Under the pieces are notes generated by a model. It made no database searches. It worked only from the letters and a program-made list of their open reading frames with translations, and was not told the DNA's origin. A stretch of DNA of 63,994 bases, counting the filler, from Octopus bimaculoides (Eukaryota), in assembly GCF_001194135.2 (NCBI RefSeq). It is 5 parts of 5 records of this genome, joined end to end, with 100 filler letters (N's around TTAATTAATTAA, not from the genome) between each part and the next. Parts side by side here need not be neighbours in the genome. Positions count along the whole stretch, not along the records: positions 50,550 to 62,894 come from NC_068981.1; positions 62,995 to 63,994 come from NW_026438679.1; 3 more parts are not named here. The stretch is one strand, 5' to 3'. Of the stretch, positions 52,273 through 63,994 are shown piece by piece. The first letter of the stretch is position 1, and each line of letters opens with the position of its first letter. The position numbers and the translations under genes were made by a program.

Positions 52273-52519
52273 ATTTCTTATGATATCTTGTCAACAATGA
52301 AACAAACATACACACACACACACACATATAAGAAAATACGTAAGACAAAATTAGTAAAATATAAAAAAGGGAGCTTATATGAAATAGAATAGATGCCCGC
52401 TGCCTTGTGAACTCTGGTCAAACCATTCAACGCTTGCCAGCATGGAGAACAGTTATTAATTGATGATGATAATGATAATGATATATATATATATATGATT
52501 ATATATATTTACTACATAT

Positions 52520-52765
52520 GTGGGGAATTCTGTCTGTGGGTATGTTTGTGAAGTTGTTTGCTAACTCCTCCTACATCACTTTATCGATTTTGATAAAACT
52601 TGACACATGAGTAGAATTCATGTCTGGAAACCTCTTGGCATACTCAGATTGTTGAAAAATCGATAATAGGACCCCGAAAGGGATCCTTATATATATCTAA
52701 TATATTTTATTTTAAAAGCCAAGGAAAATATTCGTCCCCAAAAGGGATCCTTATATATATATATA
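52520..52765. mobile_element. Possible Helentron-associated (DINE-1/HINE-like) element
   Basis: CTGTCTGT..TATCGATTTTGATAAAACTTGACACA motif and a duplicated CCCC.AAAGGGATCCTTATAT block. Confidence 0.35.
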
Positions 52766-53079
52766 TATAGCTAAGAGAAATAACCCATTCATTTTCCTAA
52801 ATTATTTAGTAAAAATGAAATTGAGTATGCTTAATTCTTAGTATTTGAACTGTTGAAGTTATCTATGCAAATTATCCAGTACAACCCTTAAACAAGTAAA
52901 TGGTATTTTCCTAAACAATAGATCCACTTATTTTGGTTAGTAACTTATTCATGAATATACCAACACTAGCACCGCTGAGGGTAATTTTCTCTGGGAACGC
53001 ACAACAGTCCTTTTCAGAGTTATTTATTTTGAATTGTTATTATCTCATATCTGATTAGCTGGTTATTACGTAACATGCT

Positions 53080-53330
53080 TCACGATTTTAGTTTGATCTT
53101 AAGTACTGTATCACATACTTTGACTACCTCAGTCATCTTATTGACCCACTTCTCAGCTAGAAATATGCCCACACCTCCTACTCCACCCCTATCCCCATGC
53201 CTTTTGCCTGTGAGGAATCTGGCTGAAGCTCCCCTCCACCATACCACTTGAATGCAACATACATCAACAAGTCTTTGTTCAAGCATCTCAACAATCTCAC
53301 CAGACCTACCTTTCACTATGCCTCAGGAAA
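53080..53330 (-). mobile_element. RTE-type LINE 5' fragment (APE endonuclease N-terminus)
   Basis: MKGRSGEIVEMLEQRLVDVCCIQVVWWRG...GVGIFLAEKW. Confidence 0.8.
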
Positions 53331-54589
53331 TGTAAGGAGAGGCAGGAATTAACATGGGGAAGGGGAACTGTGGTTCTAATGAGTGTTTGCCAATAGACAT
53401 ATCATAACAGTTGTCCTCACAGTTAATCTACCATCATTCATGTTACACTTGCCTCCACTGGAAGTGGGTGCTCTACAAGCATTAGTACAAGAAATGTTAG
53501 TACAGATACAAGTAAATTCATACAAAAAAGCTAACTGATTAATTATTCTAGCCTCATTGAAGGTGGGTGCTATATACCAGCATCAGTACATGTAATGTTG
53601 GTACAAATACAATTAAATGAATAAGTTAAATAAATAAGATAAGGGTAGCTAATACATTATATTTAGTTAATTGGCGAATAATTATCAAAGCAATAAAATT
53701 AAGTGCTATAGCATTTGTATTGCAGCAATGTGGGTGACACTACTAGGGGCAGAGAGGAAGGGCTGCCATGAGAGGTTCCAGTGAAGAGGAGAGGTTTTCA
53801 GTATAGGTGATAGGGGTGGGAAAGGGTGAGCACATCGCAGATAAGAAAACATTGAAATGTCTTTGGGGCCATAAAAAAGAGAGAGGCAACTTAGATGAGC
53901 TTACACAGTGACAAGAGAAAGAGAAACAGAACAAGTAATAAATCAAATTAAATTGAATTAAATTAAGTTAAATTAAATTCAGACAGGTTAGACTCAGCAG
54001 TGTAATATGTGTGGATTAAAGTGAGAGAACAAATAAAACCAACTCATCTGTACATAGCTTAGGNNNNNNNNNNNNNNNNNNNNNNNNNNNNNNNNNNNNN
54101 NNNNNNNNNNNNNNNNNNNNNNNNNNNNNNNNNNNNNNNNNNNNNNNNNNNNNNNNNNNNNNNNNNNNNNNNNNNNNNNNNNNNNNNNNNNNNNNNNNNN
54201 NNNNNNNNNNNNNNNNNNNNNNNNNNNNNNNNNNNNNNNNNNNNNNNNNNNNNNNNNNNNNNNNNNNNNNNNNNNNNNNNNNNNNNNNNNNNNNNNNNNN
54301 NNNNNNNNNNNNNNNNNNNNNNNNNNNNNNNNNNNNNNNNNNNNNNNNNNNNNNNNNNNNNNNNNNNNNNNNNNNNNNNNNNNNNNNNNNNNNNNNNNNN
54401 NNNNNNNNNNNNNNNNNNNNNNNNNNNNNNNNNNNNNNNNNNNNNNNNNNNNNNNNNNNNNNNNNNNNNNNNNNNNNNNNNNNNNNNNNNNNNNNNNNNN
54501 NNNNNNNNNNNNNNNNNNNNNNNNNNNNNNNNNNNNNNNNNNNNNNNNNNNNNNNNNNNNNNNNNNNNNNNAAAGTGTTGAAGGTTGGT

Positions 54590-54970
54590 CTCAAGATATT
54601 GTGATGACAAAGGACCAAGATATCTGGCAATTTTCTGTACTCAAGAAGACCTGTCCACCACAGAAGAATTGATACCAGTGCTAGTGCTACATAAAAAGCA
54701 CTCGTGCTGGTGTCATATTAAGAACACTGGTGCTGCTGCCACAAATAAAACACTCATACTGGTGCTATGTTAAAAGCATTGCAATGGTCCCACATAAAAA
54801 GCACTCAGTACACACTGCAAAGTGGTTGGTGTTAAGAGAGATATCCAGCCACAGAAACCATGTTAGAACAGACAATGGAGTCTGGTGAAGCCTCTGGCCT
54901 TACCAACTATGGTCAAACCATCCAACCCAGGCCAGCATGGAAAACAGACGTTAAATGATGACAATGATGA
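54590..54970 (+). mobile_element. SINE / RTE-tail repeat with (ATG)n tail (family F)
   Basis: CATAAAAAGCAC..GTGGTTGG..TCAAACCATCCAACCCA.GCCAGCATGGAAA..TTAAATGATGA; relatives at 61790-62025 (+) and 62080-62300 (-). Confidence 0.7.
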
Positions 54971-55222
54971 TATAGGTAGTCATGGCTACGTATATGTGTG
55001 CGTGCATGTGTATGTATGTATGTATGTATGTATGTATGTGTGTATGTATGTATGTATGTATCTATGTATACATGTATGTATGTATGTATATATGCATGCA
55101 TGCACGTATGTATGTGTGTGCGTGTGTGTATGTATGTATCTATGTATGCATGTATGCATGTATGCATGTATGCATGTATGCATGTATGTATGTATGTATT
55201 TATGTATGTATGCATGTATGTA

Positions 55223-56454
55223 CACAGACATGACAAAAGTAAATAGACATCCCATAAAACATTGTTTTATATTTATTTTAATTTGCAAAGGTTTATATTT
55301 TTTGTTAATTGGCATTTTCATTTTTCAGGTTCTATATGTGACTATTTAATCATGCTACATACAAAAGAAGCCTTGGAACAGTCCGAATTTCAAAGAGGCC
55401 ATATTATGGGTCAATCTGAAAGTGGACTTAATCAGCATAAAATCGTAGGAAACCTTGGCATCCTGCTTTCTACAGTTAATAGAATGATGGGGTAATTCAC
55501 CAGAGAGGAGGAGGAGTCAATATCACCTTGCTCAGGTTGACCAGGGTCCTCTGACAGGATCCTTCGCTTTGCTAAGAAAAGTGTAGAGGCCTCATTGCAA
55601 GGCCTCTGACATAGCAGAAGAAGTTGATGTCAGTCCCAGAACAGCTGTCAAGTATCTCTACAGACTTGGCTACTATGACAGAGCTGCAAGAAGGAAGCAA
55701 GATCATCACCCAGCCAATATCAAGCAGAGAATAGATTGGACCAGTGAAATGGTGGAGAGGCCACTAGCATTTTGGGACACTGCCATATTCTCTGAGTCCA
55801 GATTTACTTTATTTTCTGACAGAGGTCAAATGTGGATCCAGAGACTCTGTGATCAAGAATTTGAAACGAAAAGATTGCAGCCAACAATGAAACATGGCAA
55901 CTATTCTGTAATGGTCTGGGGAGCAATGGTCAATCAGAACTAGTGGAGTGTGAGGGAAGCATAAACTTAGACACATATGTGTCCATATTGCAGAAAGGAC
56001 TCCTTCCAATCTTCCCCTGTGGTGAAAGGATTAAAGAAAACTCTTTATTTATAGAAGATGGAGCTCCTTGTCACCTGACTAAAAAGACCCAAGATTGGTT
56101 GGAAGAGAATGGTATTAAAAAGCTTCCATGGTCAAGCCAGTTACCAGATATGAACCCTATTGAGCACCTCTGGGGAATAATGGACAGGGCACTTTGTAAA
56201 AAAAACAAGAAAGCATCCCCAAATCCAGATCTTTTGAGATTACTGCATGAAACTTGACAAGAAATTCCCCAAGAGAATATTCATCATCTGATCAGTAGCA
56301 TGCCGAATAAGGTCCTTGCATTGAAAAATACAACAGATGTGTCTACTAAATATTAGATATTCACAATATAATAATTAATAAATAATTTGAATGTATAATT
56401 TCAGATTAAAATAAATTTTAATGATTATAAAGGTGTCTATTTACTACTGTCATA

Positions 56455-56460
<6 letters not shown>
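55223..56460 (+). mobile_element. Full-length Tc1 (DD34E) transposon, decayed
   Basis: TIRs CACAGA(C/T)ATGACA..AGTAAATAGACA.C; IFSESRF, VMVWGAM, EDGAPCH-...-DMNPIEHLW with 34 residues between D and E. Confidence 0.92.
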
Positions 56461-56494
<34 letters not shown>

Positions 56495-56519
56495 TGTGTG
56501 TGTGTATGTTTGTAAGTAT

Positions 56520-56804
56520 GTATATTTGTATGTATGTATGTATGTATGTATGTATGTATGTTTGTATGTATGTATGTATGAATGAATGAATGAATGAAGG
56601 AATGAAATGTCTTTGAAAAACCTATTACAGTGCACAACATATAACAAATGAATTAGAACTTGATACATTCCATTATACCCTATCACACTCCATTACATCC
56701 TCAATCGAACATCTTTATCCAGCGTAGGCTATAGCAGTCATAAAACACGGTTGCACTGTCTCTACAATATTTTGATTGGCTGCATAGTCTTCCTTTCCTT
56801 ATGC
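56520..56804 (-). mobile_element. Unclassified retroelement-like 3' end with (CATT)(CATA)n tail
   Basis: Close second copy at 58365-58656 in the same orientation. Confidence 0.55.
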
Positions 56805-57059
56805 ATTTGTCGCAGTAAACTCGTGCAAAGAAGTCATGAATAACACATCAAAAGAATAAAAATAATTTCTATGCAATTCTTATGCTTCAGTACTTCTTCA
56901 GAAGTATTATGAGGATCAAAGAACTATGTTGACATTGGGTCCCATAAATAATGCGTTTTTTTTTTCAATTGCATGAACTAAAAGTCAGAGGGAGACAGTA
57001 TAAACTACCTGCACCAACTTGCTATAAAAGCAGGAAGTAATTTTACCTTGTCCTTACTC

Positions 57060-57090
<31 letters not shown>

Positions 57091-57499
57091 CACACACATA
57101 CACATACATACATACATGCATACATACATACATACATACATACATACATACATACACACACATACATACATACACACACATACATACATACATACATACA
57201 TACATACATACATACATACATACATACATACATACATACATACATACATACTACCTGCTCCTGAAGCATGGTATAGTTGCAAAGACTACTTACAATGCAA
57301 TCTGCAGGAAGGAGTGCCTTGACATACACATCAAAGACATTCAGAACCAGCAGGTATTCACACATTAAAAAACTGGTGGAACACCACAATAAAAACATCA
57401 ATTCAGTGCAAACATAACAAATGTGGTATTGTTCTATGGGACAGGGAAAAAAATTCCTGTACTGTTGTAGAGGTCAGCTGCCCAGGAAATATGAATGTA

Positions 57500-59067
57500 T
57501 GAGGGAGAGTTGAAAATTATACACAGTCTTGTTTTTTCAATGTATATACACAAAAGAAGGGGATAAACAAGTACGTCATTTTTCTATATAGTCTCCTTTC
57601 TTTTCAACGCACTTGGTCCAGCAGTCCACAAGCTTGTGTATTCTCTCCAAGAAGAAGGTTGGTCATGCAACCATTTATGCACTGCTTCCTTTACATCATC
57701 CATAGGAAATCAACAACCTTGCAAACCATCTTTGAGCAGTCCAAGAATCTGATAGTTGGAAGGGGCAAGATCTGGGCTGTAGGCAGGGTGTTCCAGCTCC
57801 TCAGAACCTAATTGATTAATGGTTTCAACGGTGTGGGTGGCTGTGTGTGGGTGTGCATTGTCATGGAGCAACAAGACTATCTTTGGCAATAGGCTTTGGC
57901 ACTTGATGTGAATTGCTGGCTTCAGTTTGTTGACCAGCAAAGCACTGTATCTTGCACTGTTGATCGTACACCCCTTTTCCAAGTAGTCTTCCAGTATAGG
58001 CCCTTTTGAGTCCCAAAAATGGGTTAGCATCACCTTTCCTGCAGAAGAGTGAGTCTTGAATGTTTTTGTTGCTGGCAATCCAGAATGTTTCTCCTCCACG
58101 CACTATCGTTTGGATTCTACCTCATAATGACCCACGTTTTATCTCCTGTGACTATTCTGCTCAAAAATTCTTCACCCTCAATGTTGTAGTGATCAAGTAA
58201 ACATTGGCAGATCTCAAGACATTTATGCTTGTGCTCTCCAGTAGGCTCTTTTGGCGCCCATCTTGCATAGACTTTATGGAAGCCAAGTTCACTGTGGATG
58301 ACTTGATAAGCAGAACCGTGACTAATCTGCAGAGAACAAGCTACCTCTTCGATTATAACTTGATGTATGTATGTATGCATGCATGCATGCATGTATGTAT
58401 GTATGTATGTATGTATGTATGTATGTATGTATGTATGTATGAATGAATGAATGAAGGAAGGAATGAATGAAATGTCTGAAGAACCTATTACAGTGCACAA
58501 CATATAACAAATGAATTAGAACTTGATACGTTCCATTACACCCCATCACATTCCATTACATCCTCAATCGAACATCTTTATCCAGTGTAGGCTATAGCAG
58601 TCATAAAACACGGTCTCTACAATATTTTAATTGGCTGCATAGTTTTCCTTTCATTATGCTCTGCAGTAGGCTCTCTTGGTGCCCATCTTGCACAGACTTT
58701 TTTGTGGATGACAATCTGCAGAGAACAAGCTACCTCTTTGATTGTAACTTGATCCACTCATACACACTTCTATGTGGTAGTGCACAGTCCCATATTGTGC
58801 TAAAAGCCTCCAATGAATTTCAGCACTTGACACACCTTCCAACCAGAGAAATCAGATCACTACTCTTTGTTCTTCTTTGGTGCACATTGCTAGAGGAATG
58901 GCCATGCTTACACTGTAAAGCCAGAAAGAAAAATGGCACGATCAGGTCCAAACTTTGATCATATGACCACAGTAGTACCAACTATAAGCATGCACGCACA
59001 GAAGGCAGTGTGACAATAATAAAGATATGTTATGGCAAAAGTGCAGATAAGTTTTGACTTCACCTTG
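57500..59067 (-). mobile_element. Mariner (DD34D-type) nested in R4, itself interrupted
   Basis: TA on both sides, degenerate TIRs; SAGKVMLTHFWDSKG..LLHDNAHPH..PAYSPDLAPSN; IVTGDKTW; MEGVSSAEIHWRL. Confidence 0.9.
58365..58656 (-). mobile_element. Second copy of the 56520-56804 tailed element, inserted in the mariner
   Basis: Flanked by a direct duplication of mariner sequence 58232-58364 / 58657-58753. Confidence 0.65.
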
Positions 59068-61562
59068 TACAATCAAAAGTCCAAGAAAAGGTAACATTTA
59101 TAGTGAATTAATGTGGAACTTACAGATCTTGTACCCCGTCTATGAATTCTCATTTGTGCCTATCATCATAGGTGCATTAGGTTATGTACCAACACATTTG
59201 CACAAAAACCTAGAAATACTCAGTTTCACAGAAAAAGAGCAAATCAAACTAATGTGGATTCTCCAAATCCAATCTATTAGTGGCACTGTGAAGATTTGTA
59301 AGACATTCCAAAAATTCTCCACGTGAGATTCTTATGTGAATAGATTGCACACACTTGGATGTATGCATCAACAGTTCAACCAACACACCAACTTAACCAT
59401 ATATTTACAAACACTGGGAACTCTCTTAACTCAAAAAGTTTTGTTGCTTTGTTAGCAGCTGACTTAAATCAAGCTCAAAGAAAAATCATCCATTCATACA
59501 TACACACATACATACATAAAGCAAAACATACAAGTCTGCACATATACATTGATACATACAAAAATACACTGTTGGTGTTGAAATTTCAATGTAGGAGCCT
59601 TGGATCTAGATTAGAAACCAGATCTTTCTCTATTGGCAAGAAATCTTGAAATAAAACTGAATAATGACATATACACATATATAGAAGGCAGAATGATATA
59701 AATAAGACAGAACAAAGTAGATATAAGAACGTATATGAGACAGAATAAATAAAGTAATATAAAAGTTAACATACAAGGTGATATAAGAATGTTCCTGAAC
59801 CAAGCCTAAGAATAGATGTATCAGTACTCCAGTAAGTAATCCATTTCCTGTATTAATGATATTCAGGAATCATCCCCTTCAAAATAGTCCTTGTGGAAAC
59901 ATACACACTGATCCCATTTGAGTATGTGTACATGTGTGTTGCTGCTTCAATTGGAGAAGGCCCAACTGATGGTGGTGGTGGAGTTGGTGGTACTCGATTC
60001 TGAAACCTATTGTCAAGATGTCGCTGTTTGCAAAGTCCATATTGGGAAGTACAAATTGCTATGTGTTAGTAACAAGCATTGTATTGCTTTGTTCTGATTA
60101 TGTTCAGAAGAAGAATAAAGTGACACAGAGATGCAATGGAGAACTAAGTGGGCTGATGTAAAATATCTGATCTTATTAAGAACTAATATAGTTGTTATGA
60201 AATGGGTTAAGCAGTAACCTTTAAGTTTTGGGGGTTTTTTTAAAATATAAGCACATATAAAAAATATATATAAACTTTTCTAAAGTTCAACATGTGACTC
60301 AACACATTTGTAGTTATCTAAATTACAGTGAGTTCATGTTGACAAAAATAGATAGATAAATAAATACATAAATTATATCATACATATTTAATTTAAAAGC
60401 AGTGACAGAATCATTTCAAATATTGACAGATACAACCACCTGAGTATTGAATACCCTCTCCTCATGTTTTGATATGTTTTATTTTTGCCATAGTCCAAAT
60501 GTTTTTCATTCTAACAGGAGTTAAATAGTTTTTTCATAGTTAGCTGTTTGCATATGAAATGTAAGAGTAGGTAATTTTGGACAATTAAATGCTTGTCTTC
60601 CATTCTTCTATTCAATTAATTTATTGGAGAGTGTGCATGTTAGCCAGTATTCAGGCTGATTCATTGAAAAGTGGCTCCTTGAACAAATCACAAGGAACAG
60701 AGTGAAGTGTTTAATTCTCATCTGTGTCACTTTAAGCAGATAAAAACCAAATTACTTCTTGGTTAGGATGATAGTTTATAACTGGTAGCTTTTCCAGGGG
60801 ATCTTGATATCTATTTCCTTTTGTGAGATAAATTGAAACAATGTATTTGTTCAAAAAGGGCAATCAAATATTAGATATTGCTTTGAATTTGGACCACATA
60901 AATTAACAACTCAATCATTTTGAATACTTTCTTTGTCCTACACACAAACAATTCTGCCAATCAAACAATAGCAAACATGTCTAGCACAAAACTCCCTTAG
61001 TTAAGTTGTCCATTTATGGACTCTAATTGTCTTTTGTCTTTTGAATCAGAAGCTTCCTCTCAGAGTTTAGCTCAGAGTGGACATTATAGAGCTTTCCCTG
61101 GCAGATAATCTATCAACTCTTGTGTCCCCAACGTTTGATTATCTCTCATAATACTCTTATCTGTACATTAGCAATTTGTTTGCTGCCATCTCTTACAATG
61201 TTCACTCCTGTGCAGACGTTATCATTGTTTTCTCTTCCTTTACTTTCCCATTCCCCACATATTGGGACCAGGAATCCAATAACCAAAAACAGTGACAGAA
61301 TAAAAGAATAAATTTGATAAATTTGTCTGAAGGAATTTTATTGACAAAAATGCAAAATAATGTGAATGCATTAATGACATGACACAAATCATGAATAAAG
61401 ACTTGTTCAGATGGAAGGTCACCTTTTCTCCATAACTAAACATCTCTCCTCACACTTTTATGAAACACCTCCATTTATCCCCTTTATATTCACCTTCACT
61501 GTACCTTGTGGGTATGTCCCTCTCTACTGATACATCTCTAGCACCACCTATTTCTCTCTCAC

Positions 61563-61625
<63 letters not shown>

Positions 61626-61789
61626 ATCTTTCTCTCTAGCTCTATCTCTTCTCCTTCTTCTTACTTTTCCTACTGGGTAGCAAAATATCTCCTCTATAGT
61701 AAGACACCTATCTCTATCCCTCTATTATGCTCTGACCTCTCAAATGGTACAAAGCTACCCCACTCATTACAATTCCCTCTCCCAGCTGA

Positions 61790-62025
61790 GGGATCTTTAT
61801 CATACAAGTTACTTGGTAACTTCACTGGTGCTGGTGCTACATAAAAAGCACCCAGTACACTCTGTAAGATGGTTGGCATTAGGAATGGCATTCAACCATA
61901 GAAACCATGCCACAGTTGAGAGCAGAGCCTGGTGCAGTTCTCTGACTTGCCAGCTCCTGTCAAACCATCCAACCCATGCTAGCATGGAAAAGGGATATTA
62001 AATGATGATGATGATGATAATGATG
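61790..62025 (+). mobile_element. SINE / RTE-tail repeat (family F)
   Basis: CATAAAAGCACCCAGTACAC..TGGTTGGCATTAGG..CAACCCATGCTAGCATGGAAA..(ATG)n. Confidence 0.7.
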
Positions 62026-62079
62026 TCCTTTCTAATGCCAACCACTTTCTTGTGCATGTGTGTGTGTGTGTGTGTCATT

Positions 62080-62301
62080 GTCATTTAACGTCCCCTTTCC
62101 AAGCTGGCATGGGTTGGACAGTTTGACTGAGGGCTGGCAAGCCAGAAGGCTGCACCAGGCTCCAATCTGATCTGGCAAAGTTTTTACAGCTGGATGCCCT
62201 TCCCAACACCAACCACTCCAAGACTATAGTGGGTGCTTTTTATCTGCCTCTGGAACGAGGGACAGCCAGGCAGTACTGGCAACGACCACGCTTGAATGGT
62301 G
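62080..62301 (-). mobile_element. SINE / RTE-tail repeat (family F relative)
   Basis: Reverse of CAACCCATGCCAGC.TGGAAA..GACGTTAAATGA. Confidence 0.7.
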
Positions 62302-62894
62302 CCTTGTATGTTAACTTTTATATTACTTTATTTATTCTGTCTCATATACGTTCTTATATCTACTTTGTTCTGTCTTATTTATATCATTCTGCCTTCTATA
62401 TATGTGTATATGTCATTATTCAGTTTTATTTCAAGATTTCTTGCCAATAGAGAAAGATCTGGTTTCTAATCTAGATCCAAGGCTCCTACATTGAAATTTC
62501 AACATCAACAGTGTATTTTTGTATGTATCAATGTATATGTGCAGACGTGTATGTTTTGCTTTATGTATGTATGTGTGTATGTATGAATGGATGATTTTTC
62601 TTTGAGCTTGATTTAAGTCAGCTGCTAACAAAGCAACAAAACTTTTTGAGTTAAGAGAGTTCCCAGTGTTTGTAAATATATGGTTAAGTTGGTGAGACCA
62701 TTGCAATGCTTTTAACATAGCACCAGTATGAGTGTTTTATTTGTGGCAGCAGCACCAGTGTTCTTAATATGACACCAGTATGAGTGCTTTTTATGTAGCA
62801 CTAGCACTGGTATCAATTCTTCTGTGGTGGACAGGTCTTCTTGAGTACAGAAAATTGCCAGATATCTTGGTCCTTTGTCATCACAATATCTTGA
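62302..62894 (-). repeat. Near-identical inverted duplication of 59386-59778 fused to 54591-54789
   Basis: By eye 2 mismatches in each part; CAC microhomology at the junction (~62692-62695). Confidence 0.9.
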
Positions 62895-62994
62895 NNNNNN
62901 NNNNNNNNNNNNNNNNNNNNNNNNNNNNNNNNNNNNNNTTAATTAATTAANNNNNNNNNNNNNNNNNNNNNNNNNNNNNNNNNNNNNNNNNNNN
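62895..62994. other. Artificial scaffold spacer N44-TTAATTAATTAA-N44
   Basis: Same 100-bp structure. Confidence 0.95.
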
Positions 62995-63465
62995 CCATGG
63001 TTTCACCTGTTAAAATTTACATAAGTAAATATCTGCAAGATCATTAGCGTAGTCTGTCGATTTATAAAATATAATTTCCAGAGCTAGACGTAAGACGTCC
63101 ACCCGAAAAGGAGCACGTGTAGAGTTCTACAAATTACATTCAGTGTATCCCCTCAAATGTCTTCAATCTGGCGCGCTAAGTCCGGAAATAACTCTGCAGT
63201 TAATAAATTTTTGCAGCTTATTTACCGGTTTGAGAACATCATTATTTAAATTTTATTAATAAGGGTAGAAATTGATATTAATCAATTAAAACTAGTGATC
63301 TAGCATATTAAAAAAATCCGAAGATTAAAATTATATTACATACAAAAATAAGAGGAATGACCAGCAAAAGTGGATTCCTATATGCTAGAAATAGATGCCG
63401 AATCATCTAAGCCCTGTAAAAGAACTCGGTTGGTTGGGCCTAAATTTTAACAGGTGAAACCATGG
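62995..63465. mobile_element. MITE-like element with perfect 25-bp TIRs
   Basis: CCATGGTTTCACCTGTTAAAATTTA ... TAAATTTTAACAGGTGAAACCATGG followed by TA. Confidence 0.7.
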
Positions 63466-63699
63466 TACGTAGGTTAATCGTTTTTTTCATTTGTCTTGCC
63501 CTTTTACAGTCTGTTGTGTCGCTAATTTTTTACTGTGAACATATTTTTCGTGGTTAGATGATTCGGCATCTATTTCTAGCATATAGGAGTCCACTTTTGC
63601 TCGTCATTCCTCTTATTTTTGTATATGTACCTATAGATAGATATAGATATGGACATGTGTGTGTGTGTGTGTATGTCTTTGTGTCTGTGTTTGTATCCC

Positions 63700-63885
63700 C
63701 ACCACCGTTTAACAACCGGTGTTGGTGTGTATACGTCCCCGTAAATTAGCGGTTCGGTAAGAGAGACCGATAGAATAAGTACCAGACTTGGAAAATAAGT
63801 CCTGGGGCCGATTTGTTCGACTAAAACTCTTCAAGGTGGTGACCCAGCTTGGCCGCCGTGAAATTGCTGAAACAAGCAAAAGATT
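63700..63885 (+). mobile_element. SINE (family B)
   Basis: ACGTCCCCGTAAATTAGCGGTTCGG..GACCGATAGAATAAGTACCAG..TTGTTCGACTAA. Confidence 0.85.
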
Positions 63886-63994
63886 AAAAAAAATAAAACA
63901 CAAAAGTTTATCGAAGCAACAAAGAATTAGCCAGCTGGTAGAGGATTATAGATGATTTAACCTGGATTATCGCAAGAAATCTCTAACCACTAAT

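Larger units (their letters stand above)
57251..59667 (+). mobile_element. R4/Dong-clade retrotransposon, 5'-truncated, split by a mariner (pieces 57251-57499 and 59070-59667)
   Basis: KHGIVAKTTYNAI..WWNTTIKTSIQCKHNK..VVEVSCPGNMNV | QSKVQEK..YSELMWNLQ..IIGALGY..ISGTVKICKTFQKF, collinear with the 40099 copy. Confidence 0.85.

Noticed and set aside
59920-60050. Pro-rich frame on the minus strand (RFQNRVPPTPPPPSVGPSP) near a TACTAAC
   Set aside because: No good donor, branch point too close to the first AG, runs into a mariner end remnant (~59772-59920); unresolved and not supportable as an exon.

Overview
Eukaryotic, AT-rich, microsatellite- and transposon-saturated non-coding DNA with many N gaps. 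Style and SINE families point to a cephalopod, most likely Octopus (inference). No intact host protein-coding gene, rRNA, tRNA gene or CRISPR array is supported; almost all supplied ORFs are microsatellite or N artefacts. Recognisable coding remnants are all decayed TEs: Tc1/mariner relics (three DD34D-type mariners plus a deletion derivative, a full-length DD41D/rosa copy, a DD34E Tc1, a maT-like fragment), a Helitron helicase 3' end, RTE-clade LINE pieces, two HERO-type and several R4/Dong-type REL-endonuclease retroelements, Penelope-like termini and about 20 SINE copies. Four 100-bp N44-TTAATTAATTAA-N44 spacers are artificial scaffold joins. Most interesting observations: an R4/Dong family whose junctions repeatedly fall in (CATA)n; a three-level nested insertion with a ~130-bp flanking duplication; a candidate type I hammerhead ribozyme; a near-identical two-source inverted duplication; a CpG-depleted 12-kb block; and several unusual MITE/fold-back structures. 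I found no convincing novel multi-gene system.
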